Origin: Pelagomonas calceolata
Lineage: Eukaryota
Length of the DNA stretch: 64,000 nucleotides
Direction: 5' to 3'
Assembly (NCBI GenBank): GCA_918797485.1
Contig: CAKKNE010000001.1
Span: 6,138,001 to 6,202,000, forward strand
Part shown: positions 20,877 through 31,348 of the stretch, in pieces
How positions within the stretch are numbered: the stretch's first letter is position 1
How the letters are laid out: every line of letters starts with the position of its first letter
Translations under genes and position numbers: made by a program
Notes under the pieces: generated by a model
Database searches by the model: none
What the model saw: the letters and a program-made list of their open reading frames with translations, nothing else
What the model was told of the DNA's origin: nothing

Positions 20877-23800
20877 ATGGCCTTGGCCTCGCCCAAACAA
20901 GCCGGCGAGTTCTGCCTAGCATGCGTAGGCCACGTCGGCGGCACCATCGACAAAAACTACAGAGTAAGAAAGGAAGCGGGCCTCGACGCCTCCACCGCGG
21001 CGGCCGTCGAGGCCGCGGTCGCGCCGGGCGCCGCCTACCGCGCCGCGCGGGACGCCGTCTCCGCGGCGTTGTGCGACGTCGAGTACTACAAAACGGCGGC
21101 GAACGCCGTCAAACGGGCCATCGCGGACGAGGCCAACAACGTCCTCGACGACTACGCGCAGCGCGTCGCGGACGCGGACCGCGCCGTCGACGGGCTCGAC
21201 TTCTCCTTCGAGGGCGCGACGAGATTAAGGCACCTCCTGAGCGACGCGACGCCGACGCTCGAAGCGGTCCGCGACTGCGTCGTCGCTATTACGGCGGCCG
21301 ACGCGCCGCGCGGCGGCCGCCTCGTCGACTTCTGCCGCGACCGGGCGCAGCGGTCCGGCGCGCCGCAAGTCGCGCACGCGCTGCGGCGTCTCACCGCGGC
21401 GGCCGAGAAGGCTGTGTTAAGAGCCTGCTGCGCGTGGTGCGTCCGTGGCGACCTCTGCCGCGACTTCTTCGTGCGCGCGGCGCGCCGGGCCGTGTCCGAG
21501 CCCTGGCCGCCGCTGCGCGCGGAGCACGCGCCGGTCCTGGGGGCGCAGCCGTCGCTCGGGCGCTTCGAGCTCGACGCGAACGCCGTGCCGCGCAGCCTCG
21601 CGTCGAAGCACCTCGCGGAGCGCATCCTGTTCCTGGGCGGCGCGACGCGCGTCCTGCGCGCGGCGGCGACGCGCCGCCGGGACGCCGCGGCGCGCGAGGT
21701 GCGGCGGCGGCGCTTCCTGCAGCGCGCCGTCGCGGAGATCGAGGCCGAGCCGCGCTTCGGCGGACTCGTACAATGCGGCGTCTTTGGAAAAGGTGCCTTC
21801 GTCGCGGCGATGGCGTGAGTAGGGGCGCCCGCCAACTCCTCGCTCGTTTTTGAGGCGTCGACGGCGATGCTCGCAAGACAGATAACCGCACACAGGTCAA
21901 GGCCGCCGACGAGCCCCTCCCGGCGGAAGAGCCGGACGAGGACGCGACGCCGGCCACGCGCGCCTGGCGCGACGTCGTCGCGCTGGCGGCGCCGCCCGTC
22001 GAAAGCGACGGGGCCTGCGGCGCCGAGGCGCGCGACGCGCGGCTCCGCGAGGCGCTGGAAGCTCTCGTCAACGCGCACGCGCGCGTCGCCGCGGAGAAGC
22101 TGAAGCACGTGCTCGTGCGCGACGGGTCGCTGGCCGCGGCCATCGGAACGTTAGGAGGCGTTTGTTTGCTACGGTGCGGGCCCCTCTGGAGCCGGGCGCT
22201 CGACCTCGCGCGGCCGACTTTAGCCCAGGCGCCAGACTCAAAAAGAGGCGCGCTCTGCATCCAGCGGTGTCTAGAATCGGCGGCGCGCGATCTGCTCCCC
22301 GAGGAGGAGGACGAGGAGGAGCGGCTGCGCGCGTGGCGCGCGTTCGAGCGCGCGGGCGGCGCCAAGGGCGCGGGCAAGTCCGACGCCGCGGCCTTCTTCG
22401 AAGCCTTGGGGAAGCGACGTACGGCGCCCACGACTTTAGATGTGGGCGACCGCGTGGGCCACCGCGCGGCGCTCGACGCCGTCGTCGCGGCCCGGGGCGG
22501 CGCCGACCGCACGACAGCTTTAGTGGTGGCCGACCCGGAGCCCTTCCTCTGGTCGCCGGCGGAGGCCGACCTCCGGGCGCGTTTTGGTTTGAGGGGCGCC
22601 GCCGCGCGGTCCGATAATGTGGTCGTGCTCGGAGGCGACGGGGCCGCAGACCAACAAGAGTCGGACGACGAGGCGACGCCGCGGTTCCCGCTAGCTGAAG
22701 CGGCCGCCGTCCCGGCGCTCGAGGCGCTCGAGCCGCGGCGGCTGGCCCAGCGGGCGTGGCGGTTGGAGGCGGTCGCGGCGGGGCGCGGCGGCGACGCGCG
22801 CGTGCGGCTGGCTTTGAGAAGGCCGGGCATGGCCGCGCGGCGGCGGCGGCCCGCCGTCGCCGCGGCGCTCACCGACGGGGGCCTGCTGGAGGTCTCGTTG
22901 GACGGTTCAGTTGTTGCCACGCGGCCCGCTTCGTTGGAAAAAGCGAGATTGGCGCTGCGCAGCGCCCGGGGCGTCGACGGACGCTGGGAGCTTGATGTTT
23001 TTGCCGCCGACGCGGTCACGGACGCCGTCCGGGCGACGGTGAAAGTGGTGGTGGACGTCGGCGGCGTGCTCGGCGGACACCGCGCGGCGATCGCGCTCGA
23101 GCTCGTGGGCGACGCACCAGTTGATGTGGCGCGCTTCTCGCTGGCCTTCGACGACATCGAGGAGGAGGAGACGAGTGCGGCGGCTGTGGTGTTGGGCTCG
23201 TCGTCGCTCTCGAGGCGAGCGGCCCGGGCCGACGCCGAGGCGTCGCGGGCGGCGGACGCCTGGTCGCGGGCGTTGCGGTGCGACGTGGCGCCGCGGTGGC
23301 CCGTTGGGGATCTACTTCCGGGCTCCTCCGCGGGCGAGGACTACCAGGCGGCCTTTGCGCGCATCTTCGCGGCGCGCAAGGCGCTCGCGGACCTCGACGC
23401 GTGCTGGCCGGCGCTTTCATCGGCGGGCCGCGAGTTCTGCGCGTCGCACCGGCGCCGCGACGAGCGCGACGGTTTTGCCGCTTTGATGCGGCTGCAACAT
23501 TTACATTTCCGCTGCTCCGCCCTGTGCCGATGCATCGTGGCCGTCCTACAGCGCGACGGCGTCGAGCCGCTCTGGCGGCGCCTCTGCGAGCGCATCGAGG
23601 AGCCGGGCGACTACGACGCGTTGCGCGACGCCCACCGCGCCTTCCTCTTGGATCTGCGGGACGCCCTGCGTTTGGACGAGGAGGACGTCGGCGCGGCGCT
23701 CGAGGCCGTCTTTCGAGACGCGGCTCGTCTCGCACGGCTCGTGGACGCGTACGCGGCGGCCGCGGACGACCTGCCCGCGTCGACGCTGGACGCGCTGCGG

Positions 23801-23881
23801 CGGGACTTCGACGCCCACGCGGCTGAGCTCGTGGGGCTGCCGGCGCTGGCGGAGACGGCGTTGGTGGGGTGTCTAACTTAG
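20877..23881 (+). CDS. Gamma-tubulin complex component (Spc97/Spc98 family, GCP4-like); intron 21768-21895
   Basis: DDYAQRVADAD, AWCVRGDL, HLAERILFLGG, APRWPVGDLL...YQAAFARIF, LQRDGVEPLW and DYDALRDAHRAFL. A GT...ACACAG intron joins ORFs 20847 and 22109 in frame. Confidence 0.75.
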
Positions 23882-23892
23882 GTTTTACTAGC

Positions 23893-24555
23893 TCAGTCGC
23901 CCTTCCAGGGCTCGGGGACGTATACCTTCTCGCGGTTCGGCCAGACCTCGGTGAAGTAGCGGTACGTGAACCACACAGCCGATAAGTGTACCGCGACGGT
24001 GGCGTACAGTTGTGCGGCGTCGAGCTGCGCACCGTAATCGCTCGCCAGTAAAAGTAGGGCCGCCTTGAGCAGGACGGAGCCGATGTCATCCACCATCAGG
24101 AGCATGAATCCCGCGTTTGAAACGCACCAATTTTCATCTTCATGAATCGCGATGAAGTGCGTCTCGGCGCATCCGAGATAAATCGTGCCCTGAGTGAGGA
24201 CCGCCGCCACGACGGCGTCCCAGCGGATCTCCTGACCGCTCAACATACCGATGATTAGGCCGTGGGCCATGACTACGGCGATGCCAGCGTTCATCCACGC
24301 GATCTCGTTCTGGAAACGGTGCCCGGTCGGCCATCCGATGGACCGCGCGACATGGTCCGAGACGAACTTGTGGCCCACCCACGCCCAAATACCCGTGAGT
24401 GCGCCCTCGAGGAGCTCGGCCGCGAGTAGCGCCGTCCAGGGGTCCGGTTGTTTCCCCGAGGCAGAGACTGCCGCAGAGTAGTAATACAACGCCGCGACGG
24501 CGAGCTTGAGGAGCCAGACGATGATGTTCTTGACGTCCATGGGTTCGAGGGCCAT
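23893..24555 (-). CDS. Bacterial-type multi-pass membrane protein (DUF6790-like)
   Basis: Several TM helices and the motif HVARSIGWPTGHRFQNEIAWMN, recalled from bacterial DUF6790 proteins. Confidence 0.65.
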   Translation of the reverse strand: MALEPMDVKNIIVWLLKLAVAALYYYSAAVSASGKQPDPWTALLAAELLEGALTGIWAWVGHKFVSDHVARSIGWPTGHRFQNEIAWMNAGIAVVMAHGLIIGMLSGQEIRWDAVVAAVLTQGTIYLGCAETHFIAIHEDENWCVSNAGFMLLMVDDIGSVLLKAALLLLASDYGAQLDAAQLYATVAVHLSAVWFTYRYFTEVWPNREKVYVPEPWKGD

Positions 24556-24633
24556 GATGATCTATAGAGTATTGATTGATGATGATGATGGAGGACGTTT
24601 GCCCGCTCCGAGAGGATCGACTTTTTTGCCGGC

Positions 24634-24655
24634 CTAGCGGCATGTAAGACACTAG
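24634..24655 (-). promoter_or_regulatory. Recurrent intergenic motif, copy 4 (reverse)
   Basis: CTAGCggcatGTAAGACACTAG lies between divergent starts at 24555(-) and 24762(+). Confidence 0.65.
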
Positions 24656-24761
24656 TGCAGCTCGGCGTCTCACCTCAATTTAGTCTGCGAGTAGAGCGCG
24701 CTTCTTGCCCTGTAGACTCTCGTTTGACGCTCAATCGCTGCATACACTCGCTGAACCAGCA

Positions 24762-26321
24762 ATGATGCTCGCGCGTGCATCACTGCGACCGCTGCGCTGC
24801 GCAGCCAAGCGCTCCCTGGCCGTCGACGCCGCGCAGCTAGAGGACACCGCAGCCCAGCTCCTCAAGCGCCACGGCGTGGCAGGCGTGCAGGCCGCAGTGA
24901 TCGATGCCGGAGAAGTCATCCCTGTGAACGGAGGCCTGGCCGACGTCGCAAGCGGGACGCCGGTCGCCTCTACCACGCTCTTCCAGCTCGCGAGCTTATC
25001 AAAGCCGGTCGCGGCGCGCCGCGCGCTCACTCGCTTCGACGCCGACGCGGCCGTAAACCCATTGCTGGCCGCGCACGGCTCGCCCTGGCGCATCGAGGGC
25101 CAGGACGGCTGGGGCGACGCCGTCACCGTCTCCCACTTGATCGACCACTCGGCGCTCGGCCTGCACTACGTGCCGGGCGTCCCGGAAAGCGAACCAAAAC
25201 CTTCGTCGCTCGAGCTGGTCTCGGGCCGGGCGGAAGAGTGGGGCTACGCGGCCGTCGAGTGCGTCAAGAAGCCGGGCTCGGCCTTTGCGTACTCGGGCGG
25301 CGGCTTCCTCGTGCTCCAGCACCTCCTCGAGTGCGCGCTCGGTCCCGAGAAAGCTTTGGCGCCGTGCGGCGGCCGCTTCGGCTACGAGCTGGACGGCGCG
25401 CCGACCGGCGAGAGCCTCGTCGACTTCGGCTTCGACGTGCCGGAAGGACAGACGCACGCGGTCGGTTATCGCGACGGCGGCGAGGTTCTGGGTAGGCTCT
25501 GGTTCCCGCCGTTCGCCGCCGGCGCCATGGGCACGGCGAGCGGGCTGGGCGAGTGGCTCTGCGGGCTATCAAAGGCGCACCGGGACCGCGGCGACGGCAT
25601 GCACGCCGTCGCCAGGTTGATGCTCGAGCGGCGCAGGGATTTGGGGGCCGGCGCCTTCATGGGCGCGCGCATGGGCCGCGGGATTTTTATCAGGGATGTC
25701 GCGTCCGGTGCTGTTCCGCGCGAATATTGAGCTCGACGTTGACGCCATCGACGGCATCGTTCCATGCAGGCGATCCGCGGAGCCCGGACCGGTGGATGCT
25801 CCACCAAGCGGCCAACGACGGGTTTACGGCTGTGTGGAAATCAAAATTTTACGGCGCGTTCGTGCTGAATCATCGCGTCGTCCTCCACGCCATCGACGCG
25901 ACGCCTGCTCGATGGCGTGGCGATGCTGGTTCCTCGCCGCTCGACCGAGCCAGGACGGCCGCGCCATCGCCGAGAAATGACAAGTGAAGAATTTTCGGGT
26001 GCACCCGACACACTTTGATTTTTACACAGGTTTAGGGGATTGTTTCTGGTCTGCTTCGATGGTCCTTCCGCCGCGAACGGTCCCCGCGGCCTCGTCGTCC
26101 TGTCAAATGGCGATAACGACGCCATGCTCTTCAACATGGCCATGGCGCGGGCCATGCTCGAAGCGCTCGAGCCGGCCGGCTTTGACCTGGGCCGCGTCCC
26201 GGACGTCGCCGCGGGCTTCGACACCGCGGGCATGCGCCAGGAGGAGATCGTGAACCTCGGCTTCAAGGGACTCGTCCTGGACGCGTTCGCGGAGGCGCCC
26301 GGGTTCGAGCTCGGGAAGTGA
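24762..26321 (+). CDS. Beta-lactamase-family serine hydrolase, probably mitochondrial; introns 25708-25769 and 25822-26029
   Basis: SxxK motif (ASLSK) and FAYSGGG. Splicing gives ...VASG|DPRSPDRWMLHQAANDG|FRGLFLVCFDG...LVVLSNGDN. Arg/Ala-rich N-terminus. Confidence 0.8.
25830..26029. mobile_element. Introner element (200 bp) forming intron 25822-26029 (+)
   Basis: TIRs CTGTGTGGAAATCAAA / TTTGATTTTTACACAG match 14/16. The 8-bp TSD gtttacgg / gtttaggg matches 7/8. GT comes from the TSD and AG from the TIR; splicing restores the frame. Confidence 0.9.
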
Positions 26322-26407
26322 GACGCGCGTGGCGCCCGAATTCTACCCCCCTAGGCGTACATAGTATTATTGTGCTTATTTTCCGTGCGGTGGGGGTCTG
26401 AATCTAC

Positions 26408-27976
26408 CTAGTACCCGCCTCCCTTCACGGCCTGGCAGTAGCACGGGTAGGTGAAATCACAAGGCACGTCGTTCCATACCGTACCATCGTTCCACTTGAT
26501 CGTACAGTCCTCGCCGCCAAAGTTGGGGTCGTTGTTGGGTTCTTGGGGCGGACCCGCGTCCCAATTCGTGTACGACGACGTACAGCCGTCCTCCCAGACA
26601 AACTCGCCTTCCGTATCCTTGTCATTGTAGGCGATCCAGCCGGAATAGTCCCGTTCTAGCTTTATGGCGCTCTCGAGCGCCTCGTCGACAGCCCTCGAGG
26701 TGATGCACGGCATCCGGAGGCCCTTCTTCTCGCACGCCTTTTTGCACTGTTTGTACGTCATGTCGCTGTCGTGGAGCGAGAAGGAACACGTGCCGCACGT
26801 GAGCTTACACGCCTCGTACGCGGGGACGCCGTCTTCCGACACGCGCTGCGAGCATCGCTTTTCGACCTTGTCCGGCTCGCTAGCGACGTGGTCACACCCC
26901 TTTTCACCCTTTTCACCCGCGTCGTATTTCCAAGATTCGTCATCTTCGCATCCTCCCGAGCCAGAGGGTTTGCGCGTCGGCTTGTACGTGGGGGCGTATC
27001 CTCCTGGCGAGGTAGGTTTCTTCGTCGGCTGGTACGTCGGCGAGCAATCGGGGTCGGGCCCGGGCCAGCGCGGGCATTCGCACGGCTCCGCCCGCTCTAT
27101 CTCGTAGCCGACGGTGAGGCAGCAGATGTTGTAGGGATAGCCGTCGTAGAAAGGATTCTTCTCGACTTCGCTGCGGCAAATCGTGTCGGCGTCCGTACAA
27201 TACACGCAGTCGTCGCAGTCGCCCTCGCATGCGGAGGGGCAGTACGCGTCTCCCGAGTAGCACCGCCGCGGGTCCTCGTCGTCGAAGCGAAGCTGCCGAC
27301 GCGCGACGTCGGTCTGGTGCTCGCCGATGCGGTGGATCGTCAGGTGGGCAGAGACGCCGCCCTCGGTCGCGCGGGCGGCGTGGCGCGTGTCGGCCGGGAT
27401 CACGAGGCCGTCGCCCGGCTCGAGCGTCACGACGTAATCATCGCCGTCGAACGTCCACGTCTTGGCCCCCGAGAGCTGGACGACGAGGATATCACCTAGA
27501 TCTTCGTGCGATGGGAGCGCAGCGGCGCCAGCCGTCGAGAGGTAGGCGTGGAGCAGCAAGCCTCCCTCAACTTCTGCCCGCCCATTCGTCTCGCCGAACG
27601 CCTCCGCTAGTTTCTTGACGCCAACAGGCCACGCGGTCTCGAGGTACTCGAACTGGAGCGTGATCGAAAGCGGCACGGGAGATTTAGTGAGGACGGCGAC
27701 CGCCTCCGCCGGGTCCGCGGGCAAGCCGGACTCTCGCAACGAAGCGACGACGGCATCGGCGACGCCGCCCGCGGCCTTCGCGTCGTTGTCGGCGTGGACG
27801 CGGAAGGCGAGGCCCGGCTTTTTGCCGGCGAACGGTTTCAGTAAGTCTTCGATCGAGACCGTGCTCGGTGCGGCTATATCACGATGGAGCGTCGGCGTGT
27901 CTGTCCCGTCGAGAAGGTGGAGACCTATCTCCGCGCGCGCCAGCAAAATTGTGATGCTGAGGGCAAATAATCTCAT
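26408..27976 (-). CDS. Secreted protein with a JmjC/cupin domain, Cys-rich/ShK-like segment and C-type lectin domain
   Basis: Signal peptide; LPSHEDLGDILVVQLSGAKTW...LEPGDGLVIPADTRHAA; ACKLTCGTC; WIAYND...EGEFVW...YTNWD...EPNN...EDC...WNDVPC. Confidence 0.8.
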   Translation of the reverse strand: MRLFALSITILLARAEIGLHLLDGTDTPTLHRDIAAPSTVSIEDLLKPFAGKKPGLAFRVHADNDAKAAGGVADAVVASLRESGLPADPAEAVAVLTKSPVPLSITLQFEYLETAWPVGVKKLAEAFGETNGRAEVEGGLLLHAYLSTAGAAALPSHEDLGDILVVQLSGAKTWTFDGDDYVVTLEPGDGLVIPADTRHAARATEGGVSAHLTIHRIGEHQTDVARRQLRFDDEDPRRCYSGDAYCPSACEGDCDDCVYCTDADTICRSEVEKNPFYDGYPYNICCLTVGYEIERAEPCECPRWPGPDPDCSPTYQPTKKPTSPGGYAPTYKPTRKPSGSGGCEDDESWKYDAGEKGEKGCDHVASEPDKVEKRCSQRVSEDGVPAYEACKLTCGTCSFSLHDSDMTYKQCKKACEKKGLRMPCITSRAVDEALESAIKLERDYSGWIAYNDKDTEGEFVWEDGCTSSYTNWDAGPPQEPNNDPNFGGEDCTIKWNDGTVWNDVPCDFTYPCYCQAVKGGGY

Positions 27977-28113
27977 GGTTTTCAGAGTCTGCCGAGCGAT
28001 CAGTCACGATGGCTACGTCACGGCGGCGACTACGCAAGATTAGCAGATCCTTTAGGTATAGAGTTCAGACTACTTAAGTCTGCACGGCAAATGCTAGGCA
28101 AAAATCTGGCTAT

Positions 28114-28134
28114 CTAGCGTCGTAAGGCACTAGC
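28114..28134 (-). promoter_or_regulatory. Recurrent intergenic motif, copy 5 (reverse, 1 mismatch)
   Basis: CTAGCgtcGTAAGGCACTAGc lies between divergent starts at 27976(-) and 28288(+). Confidence 0.55.
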
Positions 28135-28287
28135 AAGAAGCAACACGAGAGCAGCCCCGACTCAGCCGGACTCAAGCCGGTCGTTCTGGCTCACTAGGCG
28201 CTGGCGGAGTGGTCGCTCTGGCTGGCTCACTCCCGAGGCAGCCCCAGCAGCCCCAACTCAGTCTGGCGCAGTGATTGTAATACAGCC

Positions 28288-29343
28288 ATGGAGGCCGCCG
28301 CGTCGGTGCTGCCCGAACCCGTGCCGCCGCCGACCTTCAAGAAGCCCGTGCCCATGACGCCGCCGCTCACGGCCTTCGACCCCGGCTTCCTCGCGCGCAA
28401 GGCGGCGCTGCCGGGCAAAATCTTCCGACTGAAGAACGGCAACGCTCTCGAGTATTTCGAGGAGGGCAGCGCGGGAGACCCGGCCGTCGCCTGCTTCGCC
28501 GCGGGGGGATTCAACGTTTCTTCCCTGTGGACCAAGGAGCCCGTGCCGGGCGTCCGGATGCTCTGGGTCAACCAGTTCGGCCACGGGCGGTCCTCCGCGC
28601 TCGCGGCGCCGGTAGTCTTCGCGGAGCGCATTCCGGAGATTGCGGAATTGCTCGACGCGCTCGGCGTGGACAAGTTCTACAGCCTCGGGCACTCGTGCGG
28701 CGGCGTGTACGCGATGCAGCTGGCCGCCGCCTTGCCGGAGCGCGTGCTCGGCGCCGCGATCCTGTCGTCGCCGGGCTGCATCTTCCACCCCTCGGTCTCG
28801 AAGGCGGAGCGGAAGAAGGTCGACACGGGCGGCGGCGGCTCGATCGACGCCAGGGGCTGCTGGGGCGGCTTCGTGCGGTCCATGATGGCCGGCCTCTACT
28901 ACAACCCGGACAAGTCCAAGGACTACGGCTTCGCGGGCCACGCGTGCGGCGGCTACGCGTGCTACAAGTCGAAGGCTGCCGGCGGCGCGCCCGCGGCGAT
29001 GGCCTCGGACCACTGGTTCGTGACCAAGTTGCTGGACGCGGAGCTCTACGGCTCGAACTCCAAAAGGGGCCTCCTCTACGAGATGCAGGGCGTCTGGAGC
29101 CACGCGGGCTGGTCCTACGACATCGCGGCCATCAAGTGCCCGTGCTTCCTCTACGTCGAGAGGGACGGCGAGGTGAAGGAGTCCTACGTGGAACTAAACC
29201 AGAGGCTCATCCCAGGCGCCGAGCTGGTCGTGTACGAGGCGCACGGGCACACGTCCATCGCGATGGAGGTCGCGGGCATCGCCGCCGCGCTCGTCGCGGG
29301 GAGGTCGTTCGCGGGCGACCACAGCACCGGGCCCCAAGCTTAA
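28288..29343 (+). CDS. Alpha/beta hydrolase
   Basis: QFGHGRSS, nucleophile elbow GHSCGG and C-terminal His (HGH). Confidence 0.85.
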   Translation: MEAAASVLPEPVPPPTFKKPVPMTPPLTAFDPGFLARKAALPGKIFRLKNGNALEYFEEGSAGDPAVACFAAGGFNVSSLWTKEPVPGVRMLWVNQFGHGRSSALAAPVVFAERIPEIAELLDALGVDKFYSLGHSCGGVYAMQLAAALPERVLGAAILSSPGCIFHPSVSKAERKKVDTGGGGSIDARGCWGGFVRSMMAGLYYNPDKSKDYGFAGHACGGYACYKSKAAGGAPAAMASDHWFVTKLLDAELYGSNSKRGLLYEMQGVWSHAGWSYDIAAIKCPCFLYVERDGEVKESYVELNQRLIPGAELVVYEAHGHTSIAMEVAGIAAALVAGRSFAGDHSTGPQA

Positions 29344-29496
29344 GTGTTGTTGTGCAATCATCGCAACACGCCCCAGAACCTCGCATCGCATCGCGCGAGA
29401 ACTCGAGGCAACCCGCACTTTGCAAACATCGGTTGGCAGCCACACGAACGAGAACAGCGTAGTACCGGACGAGGACCGCTGCCCCAACCCAATAAA

Positions 29497-30279
29497 ATGC
29501 CGCTCCGCAATGTGTGGGCCTCGCCCGCCGCCCGCGACGCCACGAAGGAGGAGCGCGCCGCCCATGCGCAGTGCACCACCCGGGAGGAGGCGGTACGGCT
29601 GCTCCAGGTCATGGCTCGGAGCTGGGGCGTCGAGCCCGAGGCCGCGTCCGACGAGGGCGAGGGCCTCTGCGCGGCGCTTTGTACCGTGCTGAAGCGCCTC
29701 GGCCGCGACGTGCGCACGGCGTACCTGCTCGAGGCGAATTTGGACGCCTGGATCAAGGAGAACGAGGCACGCACGCGGAATGGCGCGCGGCAGGACCAGC
29801 GGCTGCTCGCCGCGTCGGCGCTGTACGACGTCCGCGTCGTCGTGCTCTCGACGGCGTCGCCGGAGGCCCTGGCCTACGACGCCGACCCCGAAAAACCCAC
29901 CGACGAAATTACGCTCGGCCACTGCCACGCGGACCACTACGTGCCGCTGGCCGACGCGCGGCCCGGCGACGCCACGACGCGGAGCGACGTTTATGCCCAT
30001 ATGGCCAACGTCAGGACGCGGCGCCGTCCCGCAAAGGAGCCGCGCGTCGAGAAGGTCGCGCTGGCGCCCGAGGACGTGCGCGCCTGTACTGGGAACGTGA
30101 CGCCGCCGGACTTTTACGTCACGGAGGCCGGCGCGGCCGAGCTGAGCGGCGTGCACGCGGCCGACCTCGGCGTCAACGTCGGCCGCGTCGAGGACCGCGT
30201 GCCGCCCGTCCAGTACCTCTCGACGCCGGCGGCCTGCTACCGCTACGGCTGCTACGTGCTCCCGACGGGCGCCGACTAA
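29497..30279 (+). CDS. OTU-like domain protein, possibly catalytically inactive
   Basis: DEGEGLCAAL (compare GDGNCLFRAL), LLAASALYDVRVVVLS and ITLGH...DHYVPL. Confidence 0.55.
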   Translation: MPLRNVWASPAARDATKEERAAHAQCTTREEAVRLLQVMARSWGVEPEAASDEGEGLCAALCTVLKRLGRDVRTAYLLEANLDAWIKENEARTRNGARQDQRLLAASALYDVRVVVLSTASPEALAYDADPEKPTDEITLGHCHADHYVPLADARPGDATTRSDVYAHMANVRTRRRPAKEPRVEKVALAPEDVRACTGNVTPPDFYVTEAGAAELSGVHAADLGVNVGRVEDRVPPVQYLSTPAACYRYGCYVLPTGAD

Positions 30280-30290
30280 TACTTGCACAC

Positions 30291-31040
30291 TTATTTGACA
30301 CAACGTGCCACGAGCATATCGACGCGCGCGTCGTTCGCCGCGAGCACCGCATGTAAAGCAGACGCGTCTGCGACGTCGGCCTCGCGCACCCACGTCAATT
30401 GAGTCGTCCCGCCGTTCGCGGCGAGGACGTAGCCCTGCAACGGCAGGACCCGCGTCGCCGGCGCGAGGTCGCACTCGACAGAGCAGCACGCGATGACGAC
30501 GACGTCGGCCCGCGTGATGCGTGCGTGGACCACGGCGTCTCCATTATCGCGCCGCTGGACGTAGATGAGCTCGTCGTCCGACAGGCGGCGCAGGCACGTC
30601 GCGCCTTCGCGCGCGAGCAACTCGCCCCAGATGACGGCCTCGACGGCGGCGAGGGGCGCATCCACCATACGCGCCGCGACCTGCACGAGCGTCCCGCCCA
30701 CGAAGAGGTGCCGGTGCCCTTCCGTAACTTCGAAGGCGCCCTCGCCGCGCGCGACCGCCGGCAGCGCGTCCTCGAACATGGCCGACGTCTGGTCCGAGTC
30801 GAAGGGCGGCTCGTAGTCCGCGAAGCAGGCGATGGCGCGGCGAAGGGCGACGCTGCGCTTGCTGCGGTCGCAGACCGAGAAGCTCGCCGCGCCGTCGAGC
30901 GCGACGGAGTAGCGCCTTTGTGTTGGTTTGTCGCTGCCCTCCTCGTCGCTCGTGTCGCGGCTCTCCATCCGGTCCATCATCTGCTCGAAGGTCTCGTCCT
31001 CGGCGTACACGCCGTAGCTGCTCGAGTCCGAGTCCGACAT
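30291..31040 (-). CDS. START/SRPBCC-like domain protein
   Basis: LRRLSDDELIYVQ...VVVIACCSVE...RVLPLQGYVL...TQLTWV resembles a START C-terminal half. Confidence 0.55.
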   Translation of the reverse strand: MSDSDSSSYGVYAEDETFEQMMDRMESRDTSDEEGSDKPTQRRYSVALDGAASFSVCDRSKRSVALRRAIACFADYEPPFDSDQTSAMFEDALPAVARGEGAFEVTEGHRHLFVGGTLVQVAARMVDAPLAAVEAVIWGELLAREGATCLRRLSDDELIYVQRRDNGDAVVHARITRADVVVIACCSVECDLAPATRVLPLQGYVLAANGGTTQLTWVREADVADASALHAVLAANDARVDMLVARCVK

Positions 31041-31170
31041 CTTGTGAGACTGTCGGGCGTGCTGCGGGTAGTGGAGGCTGCCCGGAGCGTGCGAGGCGCA
31101 AACAAATGGCAGTGACCGCGAGTCCGAAGACGCGGACGCGTGCGTTCGCGCGACGCCGCGCGCAAATCTA

Positions 31171-31195
31171 GCTAGCGTGCGAGTAACATACTAGC
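31171..31195 (-). promoter_or_regulatory. Recurrent intergenic motif, copy 6 (reverse, 2 mismatches)
   Basis: gCTAGCgtgcgaGTAACATACTAGc lies between divergent starts at 31040(-) and 31349(+). Confidence 0.45.
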
Positions 31196-31348
31196 TTCGC
31201 GTCGAAGCCTGCGCGCGTTGTGCGTCGTTTCCGCGGCGCACGCAACGTACAGGTTGCGCATCACTTCGTACGAGCGCCGTACAACTGGCCCAGAGCGGTC
31301 GGGCAGCTTTCGGAGGCCCAACAGTTGACTGCAGACAAGCATATCAAA

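Noticed and set aside
24762..26321. Antibiotic-resistance beta-lactamase
   Set aside because: The SxxK fold is shared by many esterases and peptidases, and the protein has an organelle-like leader with no resistance context.
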